A DNA stretch of 63,986 nucleotides, the filler included, from Choristocarpus tenellus KU-1152 (taxonomy: Eukaryota > Protista > Phaeophyceae), in assembly GCA_964200185.2 (NCBI GenBank). It is 12 parts of 12 records of this genome, joined end to end, with 100 filler letters (N's around TTAATTAATTAA, not from the genome) between each part and the next. Parts side by side here need not be neighbours in the genome. Positions count along the whole stretch, not along the records: positions 37,849 to 46,982 come from CAXNAD020003956.1; positions 47,083 to 51,655 come from CAXNAD020013963.1; 10 more parts are not named here. One strand, given 5' to 3'. The position numbers were made by a program, and so were the translations under genes. The notes beneath the pieces are model-generated. The model had not been told where the DNA came from and ran no database searches. It saw nothing but the letters and a program-made list of their open reading frames with translations. Of this stretch, positions 39,065 to 51,156 are shown one piece after another (the stretch's first letter is position 1; the number at the start of each line of letters is the position of its first letter).

Positions 39065-39775
39065 GAATACAACACGCAGAGAACAATAGCATCTCAGCAT
39101 CTTCACAAAAGCATAAGTCATGACTTCAAACCTCATCTCACCCCTCCCTTGACTCCCTCCTACCCATAGCACGTGATGTGTCTCAAAATAATATTTTTTA
39201 AAGTAGAGGCAATAAGACTATACCATAAGATACTCAGAACATTTTGTGCCTTGTCCTCCACAGACCTAAGGAGAAATAGAAAATTGAGACAACCATTCCA
39301 GGTGGCTAAGGGAACTAAAAAAAAATCGCAATGGTGCAAAGATTTGAACCTGGGCAGTGCCATGGCCCAAAACTTTGCCCAAATACTGGGATGGATTCCT
39401 GCTTTGACTTTCCAATTATGCTGAAAGTGCACACACAAGAACAATACTGAGTATGTACCTTAGTACTGGGGGGGAAGAGGTATCAAGCTGCACGACAACA
39501 AGCAAATACCAAGAACAGGGAAATATTGAACTGAGTGCTTGGTACTTGGAAGGACGCACCTGTACCTTGCACTTAACAAACTAGAACAGTGAGTTGGTAC
39601 TATTATCCCTGCAAGTGTATCAATATAGACTCCAAGTATATCACCACTAGAGCTGTTACAAAGTACTCAATTTCCAAGCGCAGTACATGTAAAGAACTAG
39701 AAATACTTGTACAATTAATATTACTATGGAGCAATAATGTGGTATACTACAAAGTACTTCATTGTTGTCACATCG

Positions 39776-39827
39776 CTAACCCTAACCCTAACCCTAACCC
39801 TAACCCTAACCCTAACCCTAACCCTAA
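39776..39827. repeat. Interstitial telomere-type (CCCTAA)n, about 8.7 units
   Basis: Direct reading. Shorter TTAGGG runs at about 13410 and 44465. Confidence 0.92.
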
Positions 39828-41429
39828 TGAAGTAAATCATACCTCAAAAATACCAATACTAACCCTACTAATAACAATAATAATACTTCTATCACAGAAT
39901 TACCCATTTTATCCTTCAGGGAAGAGTACTCCTTATCAAAAAACAGATTCATTACTGTACTGCATCATGTCTGACTACATCTCGCAGTCCCTAAGACATA
40001 CAACTAGTAGACATACTCCTGAATGCTGACTAAAGTATCAACCCCAAACCCAACACATCCATAGCATCACGCCTTCATATGTCTCACACAGGAAACAATC
40101 TGGACTAGGATAACCTTGTGCACTTGAAATGTGCTCAAGAGGATTAGAGGTACACAGGAAATTATAAAGAGGCAACATTGATAGCGCATCAAAGCAGATA
40201 CCAAAGCAATATGATACATATATTCAATAAAATGTAAATTCGAAACCACTAGGAAACAATCACTGCACCGCCTTCAGTCCTGGCACTCAAGTGCCATTAT
40301 CACTATCACCATTTCATGGATTAGACAGTCCGGATAATGTGAGCTATAGTGTCAAGGTATCATAAATTTGAAGCAACTGCTCCACACAAGGACTGTGCTA
40401 CCTTCATACATGCCTTGGCTCTCATGCATTGGGTGCAGCTATCTCAACCCTTGCCAAGCTCCCCTTCTCCATTGTCGGGAGGGGGTATGCTTCCAGAAAA
40501 AGCTGCACCGAGGTTTGGTCTCTGCCTCTTTGCTTGCCTGGTTGGACCATCAGACCTAGACTTCCGTGATGAGAAAGTTTCCTCCACAACAAGAATTGCA
40601 CCCCCCAAATCCTTTTCGAAAAAGCTAGTTCAAACTACCAGGGACACAGAAGCAGATCTAGACTAGGGTCAAAGCTTGACTTGACTAGCATTCCGTGTAG
40701 GCAAAGAACCTCTAGTGGGTCAGCAACTTGTGTCACCAACAAAAGGGTAGGACGGTACGGAATATCTTGTAAGGACTAAACCCATGTTACAAAAGGGAGT
40801 TGGTGAAGTAACCCCGCACCCACCCAACCTCCCAAAAAACGGATGAATACATTCAAACAGTATATAGGGTAAGGGCTTTCCGGTTGAAAAAAAAAAGTCC
40901 ATTATGGGACATAATGTAATTCACAAAAAAAAAAGAACTCGGGGCAATCAAGGTTGAAGAGGGAGACATATGAACTGAATTTCCAGCATCTCCGCAAAGC
41001 TAGAGGGCGCAGAAGGATACTGGAAGGCATGCATGTACTGTGTGCCAAAATCTCTAATCCAGAACATGAATTCTGAGTGAAAACCCTCGTCCTAAACGGA
41101 AAACTGCCTCACCCAACAACGTGCAATAAGGAACAGCCGATAGGTTCCCACAGTAGGTGTCAGGGAGAGCCCTACACTCCCTTCATACACTCATGAATTC
41201 ACTCCACCAGCGCTCAAAATTTCACTTTGAAATCAGCGCTATAATGCTTGAAAGGCGAGAATGTATATATGTCGGAAGAAAACAAGAGAAAGATGCCAGG
41301 TCACAGCCACTTGACGACTGCATGTACTGCAATGCCACCATCCGGATCAAAATTCAACAATAGATTCTGCCAAAAAAAAAAAAAATCACTGGAACTGCAC
41401 ATGGCACAACGATCATCAGGTGTTCTAAC

Positions 41430-42224
41430 CTGGACACGAGCGTCCTCTGGAGTGTGCCTAGATCAGCCATCTTCTTGTCCCAGTCAGCACGCTCCACCGC
41501 TCTTCGCACCGCCGCCCCTGCACGCCCCCGGTACCACCTTTGCACAGTCAAAGCATGCACAGTCAGCATCTTCGATCGTTCCCTAGCTCGCCTTTCGGTC
41601 CTCGCCTTTTCAAGGACCTCATCTCGCCCCTCACTTGCACGTGCCCCACCATTGGTTCCCCTGAGAAGGGGATGTTGGGGGATGACAATGGCGACTAAAG
41701 CATTAAGCGTACTAGATGCTGTAAAACTGGTGCATGGAAAGTGATCCACACTCTATCTGCAGCAACGGCACTTTCTGTTCTAGGAGAAAGAATATCCTAG
41801 TTCAACGTGGTAGGAACAGGTAGAGTGAGACCAGACTTGGCTACAAGAAGAAGGAAATTGACCGTGCTCTCTGCGACCCATAGAGCGTAAAATAGGTCGA
41901 AAAAACACTCTTAAGTTCAAGAAATCATAACATAGCGATAAAGGTTAAAGAGGCAGGTGGCAAATTTGCAAACAAGTATACTTCATGGGAATTCTTGTTC
42001 GAGGTTGTTTTGATTGCCAGCAAACTACCAGGGAAGAGAATGATCGATAGAGGCTAGAGAGTAGAGTAGCTCTTCGAGGCGATATCTTGGTGCGGAGTAT
42101 AAACTGTTGTCAGCAAATAACAATTGAGAGAGAGGGGAGGATACAACAAAATTGTACAAGTTGCATCTCACCGGCCTGGAGCTCCACGCCTAGGTTTCTT
42201 GAGATCCTTGTCCGTACTAAACAT
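41430..42224 (-). CDS. 5' exons of a UBE3B/UBE3C-like (IQ-motif) HECT E3 ubiquitin ligase; exons 42224-42172 and 41660-41430; downstream exons unresolved
   Basis: MFSTDKDLKKPRRGAPGR/...RDEVLEKARTERRARERSK...ALTVQRWYRGR matches the typical UBE3C/UPL6-7 N-terminus and IQ motif. The HECT domain itself is not seen. Confidence 0.65.
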
Positions 42225-42899
42225 AATACCAGGCAAAACTTGGCCAGGACGCACTCTTGAAACAGTAGTGGAGGGTTGGGAAGAGAAGGAGAGGATTCCA
42301 ACCTCAAAACACCAACTACATGCAACATCCAACCTCAAACAATTGACACTTATACAAATTATGAAGAAGAGACCGCGCCTGCTCCTCCGGAGGAAGATAC
42401 ATCATCATCACGATCAAATAAGTACTTATGTGTACCATTTTCCAGTTGGAAGTGACGAGATTTACACTTGTGGATCCTAAATTAGGAGATCCTACCATCT
42501 GAGATGCTGAGGGTCTTTAAATCCTGTTCTAGATCAAAGAGATGGGTGTAAGAGGTTAATCGTAATCCATTCTCCCATTGAAGTACTCAAGACCCTTGGT
42601 GTGTAGATGTTGAATTCACTGCGCCAACAAGGGGCTGGGATGGGGTACTTAGGTGCGATGTGAGCCTATGGGATCCTGGTAGTAGTTTGCAGAATGTCTC
42701 CTGATGCAGGAGACTAGAGTGCAGTGCTGCCTGCGATAAAGGGTCACCATATATCCCCTGACTACACCTGCTCCAATATGCAACAAACTTAGACCAGCAC
42801 AGCACTACCCTTATATATCAAAATCAAGCATGCAACTCTCTTTCTTTTGCATCAAAAAATAAACTTTTTATCTATCTCACGTCAGCGAGGGCGAAGGAG

Positions 42900-45800
42900 A
42901 TGGCATCTGAGGAGTCGGGCGTAGATTCTTTAACCGTCCAACTGGCGTTTGGAGTTGCCTGCGAAAAGGGTCTCTACGACATTGCTTTGAGGGTAAGCTG
43001 TTCAAGCATTTCTTTTTGATCATGTGCTATTCTCCTCACTCGCACTCTTGGTCCACTGCTCGCCCGATTGCCGAATAGTATGCAATGCCACCTACTATCT
43101 TGCCTTCGCCATCCACCTTGCGATATTCTCGTCCTCGTTTGGTGACTCTTGTCCGGTCCTGACAGTGGCTGGATAAGGGAATAGACCCGAACAGGGTGGA
43201 TAGGACAGGTACTGCGGCCTTACACTATGCTGCATTCAACAACCAGAGCGAAATTGTGGAGATACTGCTGCAAAGGGGGGCAGACCCCAATGTGTGCGAC
43301 AACGAAGGACAGACTCCCCTTCTGATGGCCCTGTTGTGCAATCATGGTGCCGAGGGCCTCAAGACCACAAGGATACTTCTAAAAAATGGAGCCAACGTTG
43401 ATGTTCCATTAATCTCAGTGGCCGACAAGCATGTGGCAAAAACAGAGGGGCGTAACTTCGGGGTTGGAAACGTTTTGCACCACCTTCATGGGCTATCAAG
43501 CTCACACGCAACTGATGTTCTCGATACGCTTGTCCAGTCCTCAAGCTTCCATGCAGCACTCAATGCGAAGAATATCCAAGGGAGAACCCCCCTCCTCGAG
43601 GCCTGCTATAGGAAGGATATCACACTAGCAACTAGACTCATCCAGGAGGGGGCTAGTGTAGATATCCCAGATGAAAAGGGCTACAACCCCCTACACGCCT
43701 CGATCTCCTGGGACATGAGCCTAGTCCTTGTTCCGCTGCTCATTGAGGCTGGAGCACCCCTGGACAGAGAGGACGCTGGAGAAGGCATTACGCCTCTTCA
43801 TATTGCTTGCAGAGTGGGGAATTTGAATGCGGTCTGTGTTTTGCTTGAAGCTGGGGCAGATGCGACCAGAAGGATGAAGTCTGGGTATACACCCCTTCAT
43901 TTAGCTGTGGCACATGGTAAGGCGTCTGTTGTGTCCACTCTACTCGATTGGGGTGTCCTGCTTCCTGTGGTGGAGGGCAGAGGTAGTGAGGATCGCGATG
44001 AGAGAGAAGAACAAGAGGGGAGGAAAGAGTTCAAGCCCACCCCTGTCGCTAAGAGGAACATGCTACCCTTGTTGGCCATGGCATCGGTCCGAGGATTTCT
44101 TGATGTGGTATTGACATTGGTTGCGGCAGGGTGTGGCGTGAATGTTTGTGACGTAGAAGGGTACACTGCTCTTCACTACGCAGTTGCACATGGCAAGTGC
44201 CAAGTGGTGAGGGTGCTGTTGGAGGCAGGTGCCATGCCTGGGCACAGCTTGAACGTTGAAGGTATTAGCCCTCTCCACTCTGCTGCGGGTTCCAACAAAG
44301 CATCAGAGGCACAATTGGCGGCAGTTACTCAGGTGCTGCTGCCTAGACTGGAGCTGGCACAGGTAAATGCTCAGAACCATCAAGGTGATACTCCTCTCTT
44401 GGTCGCCGTCCGGGAAATCAGGCCTTCGGTCCTCAAGCTGGTGGGTTTTGTGCTGCTGTTTGAAGTTAGGGTTAGGGTTAGGGTTTCTGTTCGCAGTTGT
44501 TTTGTATTGTGTATTACTTGGAATTATGTAGTGCTGGTTTATTGGAGCTGTGAATGAACCTATCTCAGAGGGGTTGTCTTTTCCCCTTTTTAGTTTTGAG
44601 GCCTCATTTGAGTCTTCTGTGATAAACTCCATGCCCATGCCCTGAAATGGAGGTAGTTGACTTTTAGAGGGCGTGGATGTACGAAAAGAAAACCTGTGAA
44701 TACATTTTTAGCCGAGAGCACCCTCCACTATGCTCAAGACACATGTACCACAAGGCAGTCATAGGGGCCCTTAAGATACAATGTCACACCCCTCGTGGAT
44801 GGTATAAATCTGAGTGTTGTTGTACCATGTACCACTTTCACCTTCAATTGATATCTCAGTATTTGTAGAACTGTTTGAATCTTGTGTGTGTGTGTGTGTG
44901 TGTGTCCAAATCACTTTCCATGTAAACCTAACTCTCTTGGATGAATCACACCATATACACAACATACTCAGTTGTGTTCTGTAGTGAATTGAGTTTCAGG
45001 TGTCTTTCATTGGGAGCTTCAACAAACCCATCCACCCTCCCCCCCCCCATCCCTCCTCCAATTAAGATCCTTGAGGCTGGAGGGCAAGTGGAGATGAGGT
45101 CAGTCCTTGGGCATTTGCCCCTCACTGTTGCAGTTAATTTGCCGCCCTCAGAGAGGTTGGCCAAAATTGTGAAGTATCTTCTCAACTACGGTGCTAATCC
45201 AGAAGGGTTAGACAAGCAAGGAAATTCTCCCCTTGCTATGGCGTGCACAGCTGCAGGGCAGAAAGCACTCCAGGATAGATGCAGCAGAGAGATGGAAGGC
45301 GAGTTGGTTGTTGAAAGGACTCAGGAGGAAAGCAAGTATTATGCCATGGTGGTGGAGGAGTTGGTTGAGGCAAAGGCGGATGTAAATGCACTGAGTCCTG
45401 GCGAGAGCTTTCTGGCGCCAATTCACTTCGCTGCTAAGTTTGGAAGTGGTGATGCAATACGATTGTTGTGTTCTTCTGGAGAGTGTGATGTGGAAGCAGT
45501 TACATTACCCCCTGGCAGGTGAGAGAGTGGGGATGTAGAGTTGATGCGTGGGGCTGGAGGTAGGTGGGGTGTGAGGGGAGAGGAGGGGAGGGATGAGGTC
45601 AGGCTCAAGGCCAATTTGGTTCTGTCTTGAGGACGAATGATACACTCGATATGCACAAGTTTTCGTGACGGGCATGTTTAGGTGAGAAAGGAAAGACTGT
45701 TTTGTTTATATTTTTTGTGGGAAGAAGAATCGAGTGCTAACGCACTTTTGCTCTGCACACCCTCAAGTTATCAAAATGCTCCTGCACACATCAGAGTTGT

Positions 45801-46185
45801 CTTGTACTGCATTATAGTAGCACACTTGAAAGGGGGGCACAAAGCCTTCTTTTGACCATCTCCTTTGCCCTAACCCTAATCCCCATTGTTGTACTGTGTA
45901 CCCTTCTAAAGGACTACAGCACTGGTTCTTGCTGTTCAAGAGGGGCATGTGGACACAGTCCGGGCTCTTCTTGAGTGTGGGGCTGACCCAGAGACGCCAC
46001 TGTGTTTAGAGGATGGCACTGCAGAGAGAAGGTGTTTGATTCAGCATGCTGTTGCTTTGGGAAGGGGAGACATTGCAAAGCTGCTGATGGAGGGGTTAGT
46101 GTTCAAGCAACAGGCGGAGGCAGAGGGGAAGGCAATGGCAGTGGGAGATTCAAGTAGAGGGATTAGTGCTGGGGGGGTGGGCTGA
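42900..46185 (+). CDS. Multi-ankyrin-repeat protein, complete, 4 exons: 42900-42992, 43166-44440, 45067-45518, 45912-46185
   Basis: ATG to TGA chain with consistent GT-AG phases and many GxTPLHxA/GxTALHYA ankyrin repeats. Confidence 0.9.
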
Positions 46186-47082
46186 GGATAAGTTTCCAAC
46201 CCCATTTGAACAGGTCTACTGCTGTATAGTAATCAAAGGACTTGGAGAGTTCGGATATTGTCCTTGTATTAGGATGTTGAAGGGTTAGGGCAAGAAAAAA
46301 CGACTTTTTAATCAAACAGTCACATCACCTGTTTTCCGTTTGAGTTATGGTACAGTATAGCATCATACAAATGAACGAAATGTTGCTATTTTTCCAGTTA
46401 TTTCCAAACTCGTTTATTGTCAAGTGGTGAAAGAAAAAAAAAAGTGGGAAAAATATTTTGTCGGTGAGAAGAACACCTGTATATATGAGAACATGCAAAG
46501 AAGTATACAGCAAGAAGCCGGACCTATTTTTTATTTTGTGCTTTATAGAGCACTTGCTCTGCTCGCACATTTGTCGGTTACTCTTGAGTATTTGGCAGTC
46601 CTTCGGAATGAGAACATTTTGTTGGTTGATCCTTGCTTGTGTGCTCTGGTGTACACATATACAGAGTCCTCTATTGTACTTCAAAACTGAAGTCAGGTTG
46701 TAAATCGATAGTGTCCCTGAGAATATTCCACGAAGTAGGAGTCAAATGAAATGTTTGAAACAGTGTTCTAATGAGTGCTGGAGGTGTGTTGTCATGTATT
46801 CGTTGTTTGCTTTGGTGGACTTTGTTTCCGCCTTTCTGAATATATTGAATTTTTTTATTGTTCAAAACTCCTTGGTTTGCTCACCCTCCTTCTGTGTGTT
46901 GTGAAGTGTGTAGCGATTGGTATGTGTGAGGGGGGGGTGAGAATAGAGCTGATCATGTCTCAGCCATGCTTTTTGTCACTTANNNNNNNNNNNNNNNNNN
47001 NNNNNNNNNNNNNNNNNNNNNNNNNNTTAATTAATTAANNNNNNNNNNNNNNNNNNNNNNNNNNNNNNNNNNNNNNNNNNNN

Positions 47083-47286
47083 GATCCACTTTGTTCTCAC
47101 GTCTTGACTGACGAAGAAGCCCAATCTTTGATGTTACTCATCACTCCTAAGTTTGCACTTGAACAACCTTAACCTCATACCCTCGATCCACTTTGTTCTC
47201 ACGTCTTGACTGACAAAGAAGCCCAATCTTTGATGTTGCTCATCACTCCTAAGTTTGCACTTGAACAACCTTAACCTCATACCCTC
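47083..47286. repeat. 102-bp tandem duplication downstream of tRNA-Val
   Basis: GATCCACTTTGTTCTCACG...CCTCATACCCTC occurs twice with two substitutions; the array runs into the contig end. Confidence 0.9.
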
Positions 47287-47450
47287 TCTCGGTCACGGTT
47301 CGTCCTTGTTCGTGTGGTCCGTCTTGCCCGGTGATTCTCTTCGCAACCCTTTTACCTGAGTGAACACCACGCCGCCACAGAATCACACGATTCACGTAAG
47401 GGCACATTTCAAGTATTAAAACAAATGCTGAACAGGAATTTCTAAAAGCA

Positions 47451-47524
47451 TACTCTAGCCGGGGCTCGAACCCGGGACCTTGTGCGTGTGAGGCACACGT
47501 TATAGCCAACTAAACCACCAGAGC
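47451..47524 (-). tRNA. tRNA-Val(CAC)
   Basis: Reverse complement GCTCTGG TG GTTT AGTTGGCTA TAAC G TGTGC CTCACAC GCACA AGGTC CCGGG TTCGAGC CCCGG CTAGAGT A, followed by a TTTT terminator. Confidence 0.95.
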
Positions 47525-50500
47525 ATTTCCGATGGGAGATATTATTGAATAATGGTCTTTACTTCATATCACATTGATCCAAGGTCATACATGAACTAAA
47601 AATACTGTAGGAGTGGGTATCATAGTGGGTGTCCTCCAGATCCTATACATGCACGCATTCGCACTACTTTTATTGATGCTTTCATCATCATGATTATCCG
47701 ATCATAATTTACTTCAGCATAGAAGTGAATACAAGGAACTCCAAAGTGTACCTGCAGCGTAGTGTCCTAATCTCTACACCACTGGACTAGGTAGTCATGC
47801 CCAATCTAGATACGTCTTATAATGATTCAAGCTCATAAAGTACCACCGTGATAGCTGACTTACTTAATGCTAAAGCAACATCGCGTGTTACGCAATCAAA
47901 TCAACACAACAAATGACGAGATCAAATGTGTGCACCCATTCTCCTTCCTCAATTCTGACTTCGATTGGAAATATTGCTCACAATAACAATATTCCAAGTG
48001 GACAACTCGGACAAACGTACAATGTTGGTGGCTCAACTCTCCTAAAACGATACGAGGTTGCTGTACGGTCATTACATCATGTCGGGGGGTCATGCTACAC
48101 AAAACAAAATAAAGAAACAAAAATAACATGTATGGTTCACCTTAAGTCTCCATCCTTACCTGGTGGTAGACTTGAGTCTCCCTTTTTTTTCTGTTTGAGG
48201 ATGATGTTAGTCATTTCATGGTGATCAATAAATCCATTTCATGAAAGCATGACATGATGTAATGAACAGCCACCTTTAGCATACACGAGCTAATATATAA
48301 TGTGCCCGGTGATAACGGTCTCTTCACCACCGGATGTGTCCACTCATGCAAACGAGGAGAGTTGAGAGATAAAATTAATTGTATATTAATTTATCTAATC
48401 CACCAACATTTATGTATAGTCTATTTGCAAGGATTGATAAACCTGGTAAACACGAGATGCCAAGTCAGAGCTGGACGTGAACAGGTTAACTGGCATCTGT
48501 TACCAGTTATCTCATCACTTCACAAAACGATAGACTATACCCATACCATAGACTATACCATACCATGAATTGTGGAATGAATTATTTCACAATGCTATTA
48601 TTGTCTAGAACTTCTTGAACATGTCGCATGGACGTCATGGGTGGATTGGGGGGGAGTGTCAAGATTGTGCTTGGAACTCTTGTGTGAAACAAGATTATGT
48701 AAGGAACAATCAGTTGGAGGAAGAGCAAAATATTTTGTTTAACAGATAGGAGATAAGCTTGGGTTGATGAACTCGGGTCTTTTCATCGAACCAGCAAATT
48801 TAATGGTCTAGTCCTATGTCCGGATCAGTCCCGCATTAATTTAGCATCCCTTTATCCTGTTCATGTCGGCCGACCGGACTCAGTCAAACATTCTCTAACA
48901 AGTCCAATCCATGTCCATTGGGTAATTGTACCGGTCCGTGTCCACCGGCTGGCAGTCTAATGTTTTTTTGCATGTCCTGACCATGGCCACCAGTTACTCT
49001 ATATATCATTTCTAACATGTCCGGACCATGTCCACTAGGTGTTGCACTAGTTCACGACGAAGAATGTTCTACATGTCAAAGGTTTAGTTATACTCCAGTA
49101 TGTACATAGAGATGTTTCAATTTTTCTCTCGACTTTCTTGGTTCAATATCATGAGGAGGAATATATAGATAAGTGGAGGGGGAATGTAGACTGTCAGAAG
49201 GCATATATGAGGCAAATTATTTTTAATTACATATTTACTATTTTCGTATTTATTTTTATCTTTCACCAATGAATATCACAATGCCACCTTGTGTGGGTCT
49301 GTTAAAGTACATCTTGAAGTCACTAATCACCTCAACCACTTAAGCGACATAACACAATGATTAATTTGTTCCCAGTTTTCAACTTTTAATAAGTCTCTAA
49401 AATAGTAAAAACAGAAAATATGATAGAAAAATCAATATGTATATGTTATATTTAGTATTTAGTAGTACTATAGGAAATAAGATACAAGTTGAGTGAGCAG
49501 TGAATAGGGAGGCATGGCCATGACGTAGCCCGCCCAAGTGTCAAAATATATTATGTGGTTGGCCATAGGTAAAATGTTCTATCATGGCTGAGTCTATGGC
49601 GGTCAATACTCAACATGACTGGGACCACCAGCGAGTCATGTACAACCAATTTCGAACATGACCGAGTCCATGTCCATCGACAGTTTTAACATGACTTGGC
49701 CATAGGCCAGCCCACAGCAATATGACAGTGAACCATGCTACCTGAACTGCCCAGCCTGGTGAAAAGTCCTCGATTACTATGAGTAAAGAAGAGTTCAGGG
49801 ATTGGAAACACTTTAGCGAGTAATTGGCGACTAAAAGATCTGCGATCCCTGACATGCTACAAACCTCATGTTCAAAGCAGCAGTCACCTAGTACGAACAA
49901 CCAAGCGATGTGGACCTACCAGACATCCGACTGCAGCTGATCTTTCGGTTGACAAAGGTAAGAGAGGTTTGACAATCTATGCAAAAGATTGCCCAAACCG
50001 TCACTCATTCATCCACTGAAAGTTTTGACACACCCTTCTATGTGTCAGTTATGACCAAATCATTTGCTCCCAGCACGACAACATCACATTTTCCACTTCG
50101 TGGATAAGGTGTTTCTGGGGCAGCTTCTTTCCAATACAATAGAGAGCAGTGTTGGCGAAGACAGACGTCCCCCTTCCCTCCTCACCGGCAGATCTGAGTT
50201 GGCAAGGGTGATGTCCAAGTGAAGACATGACCAACCTCCCTATCACTGTCTTCCTTGTGCGGATAGTCCATATCTGCGTGATCCTCGTAGGCATTAGCAC
50301 TGCACTCCTGAAATAATAATTCATACACCCCTGCCATTTCCCATGAGCAGGACGTAACTCACATCACCTGCCAAATCTTAGTTGGGGCTCAGGTTTCACC
50401 ATCCACCCTGTTCAAGTCCCCTCAACAGTGGGACACTCTGCCAAGAATGCCCCTTTCCCCTCTAAAAAAGATACTGCTAAGTGTACTTCTCCAGTACCAG

Positions 50501-50897
50501 TAGTCACTCCTGGTGATACTGTTCAAGTACAAGTACAGTACTACTATTTGCGCATGTTATACTAGTGGATGTGTCCTCTACGTTTTACCTAGGGGATGGC
50601 CCTCCATTAGATTGCTCAAGACAAGGTGTTGCAATCATCAACTTGATTTGTTGTAGTTTGCCTTTCGGATTGTTGTTGGGTACGATACACGGTGCTTCCT
50701 GGACCGTTTCTTTATTTTGCTCGCGTTTTTCCCTGTGGAATTTCTCATTCCTTGAATTTGTGTTCCTGGGATCAATCTTCAATATACAGTACTTACTGTA
50801 GTCTGTTTTCTTGTTTACTAACAGGTGCCACCAAGGTATATGAACGTATGGCCCGTCTGCCCTCCGTGCCTCAGTGTGATCTTGGGCTTCTCTCACA

Positions 50898-51156
50898 GAG
50901 TGAAAGTATCTTAGAGGGTGCGAATTTTGCCCTGTTTGTCCATTTGGGGCTCGGCTTCCCATGGACTTTTAATGAAAGCTTACCTACTCCAAAATGTTAT
51001 GGAGTAGGCAAAATGTATACGTTATGAAAAGGAGTACCAGGAACAAGGGTGTGGACATCTCCTTACAAACATGATAGCCAAAATGACATCAAACTTGCAA
51101 CATTGGATTTTGGTCCCCAAATGGACGCGACTCTGCACTCTGAGGTACTTTGGCTC
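50898..51156. mobile_element. MITE subfamily B
   Basis: GAGTGAAAGTATCTTAGAGGGT ... CTCTGAGGTACTTTGGCTC. Confidence 0.85.

Noticed and set aside
39589-40029. 146-aa ORF with an NPNPNP repeat
   Set aside because: It is a translation of the (CCCTAA)n tract; the flanks look non-coding.
49800-50500. Second DIRS-like RT remnant (HFVDKVFLG, VLAKTDV)
   Set aside because: The motifs fall in different frames and in an unconvincing order; it cannot be supported without a search.
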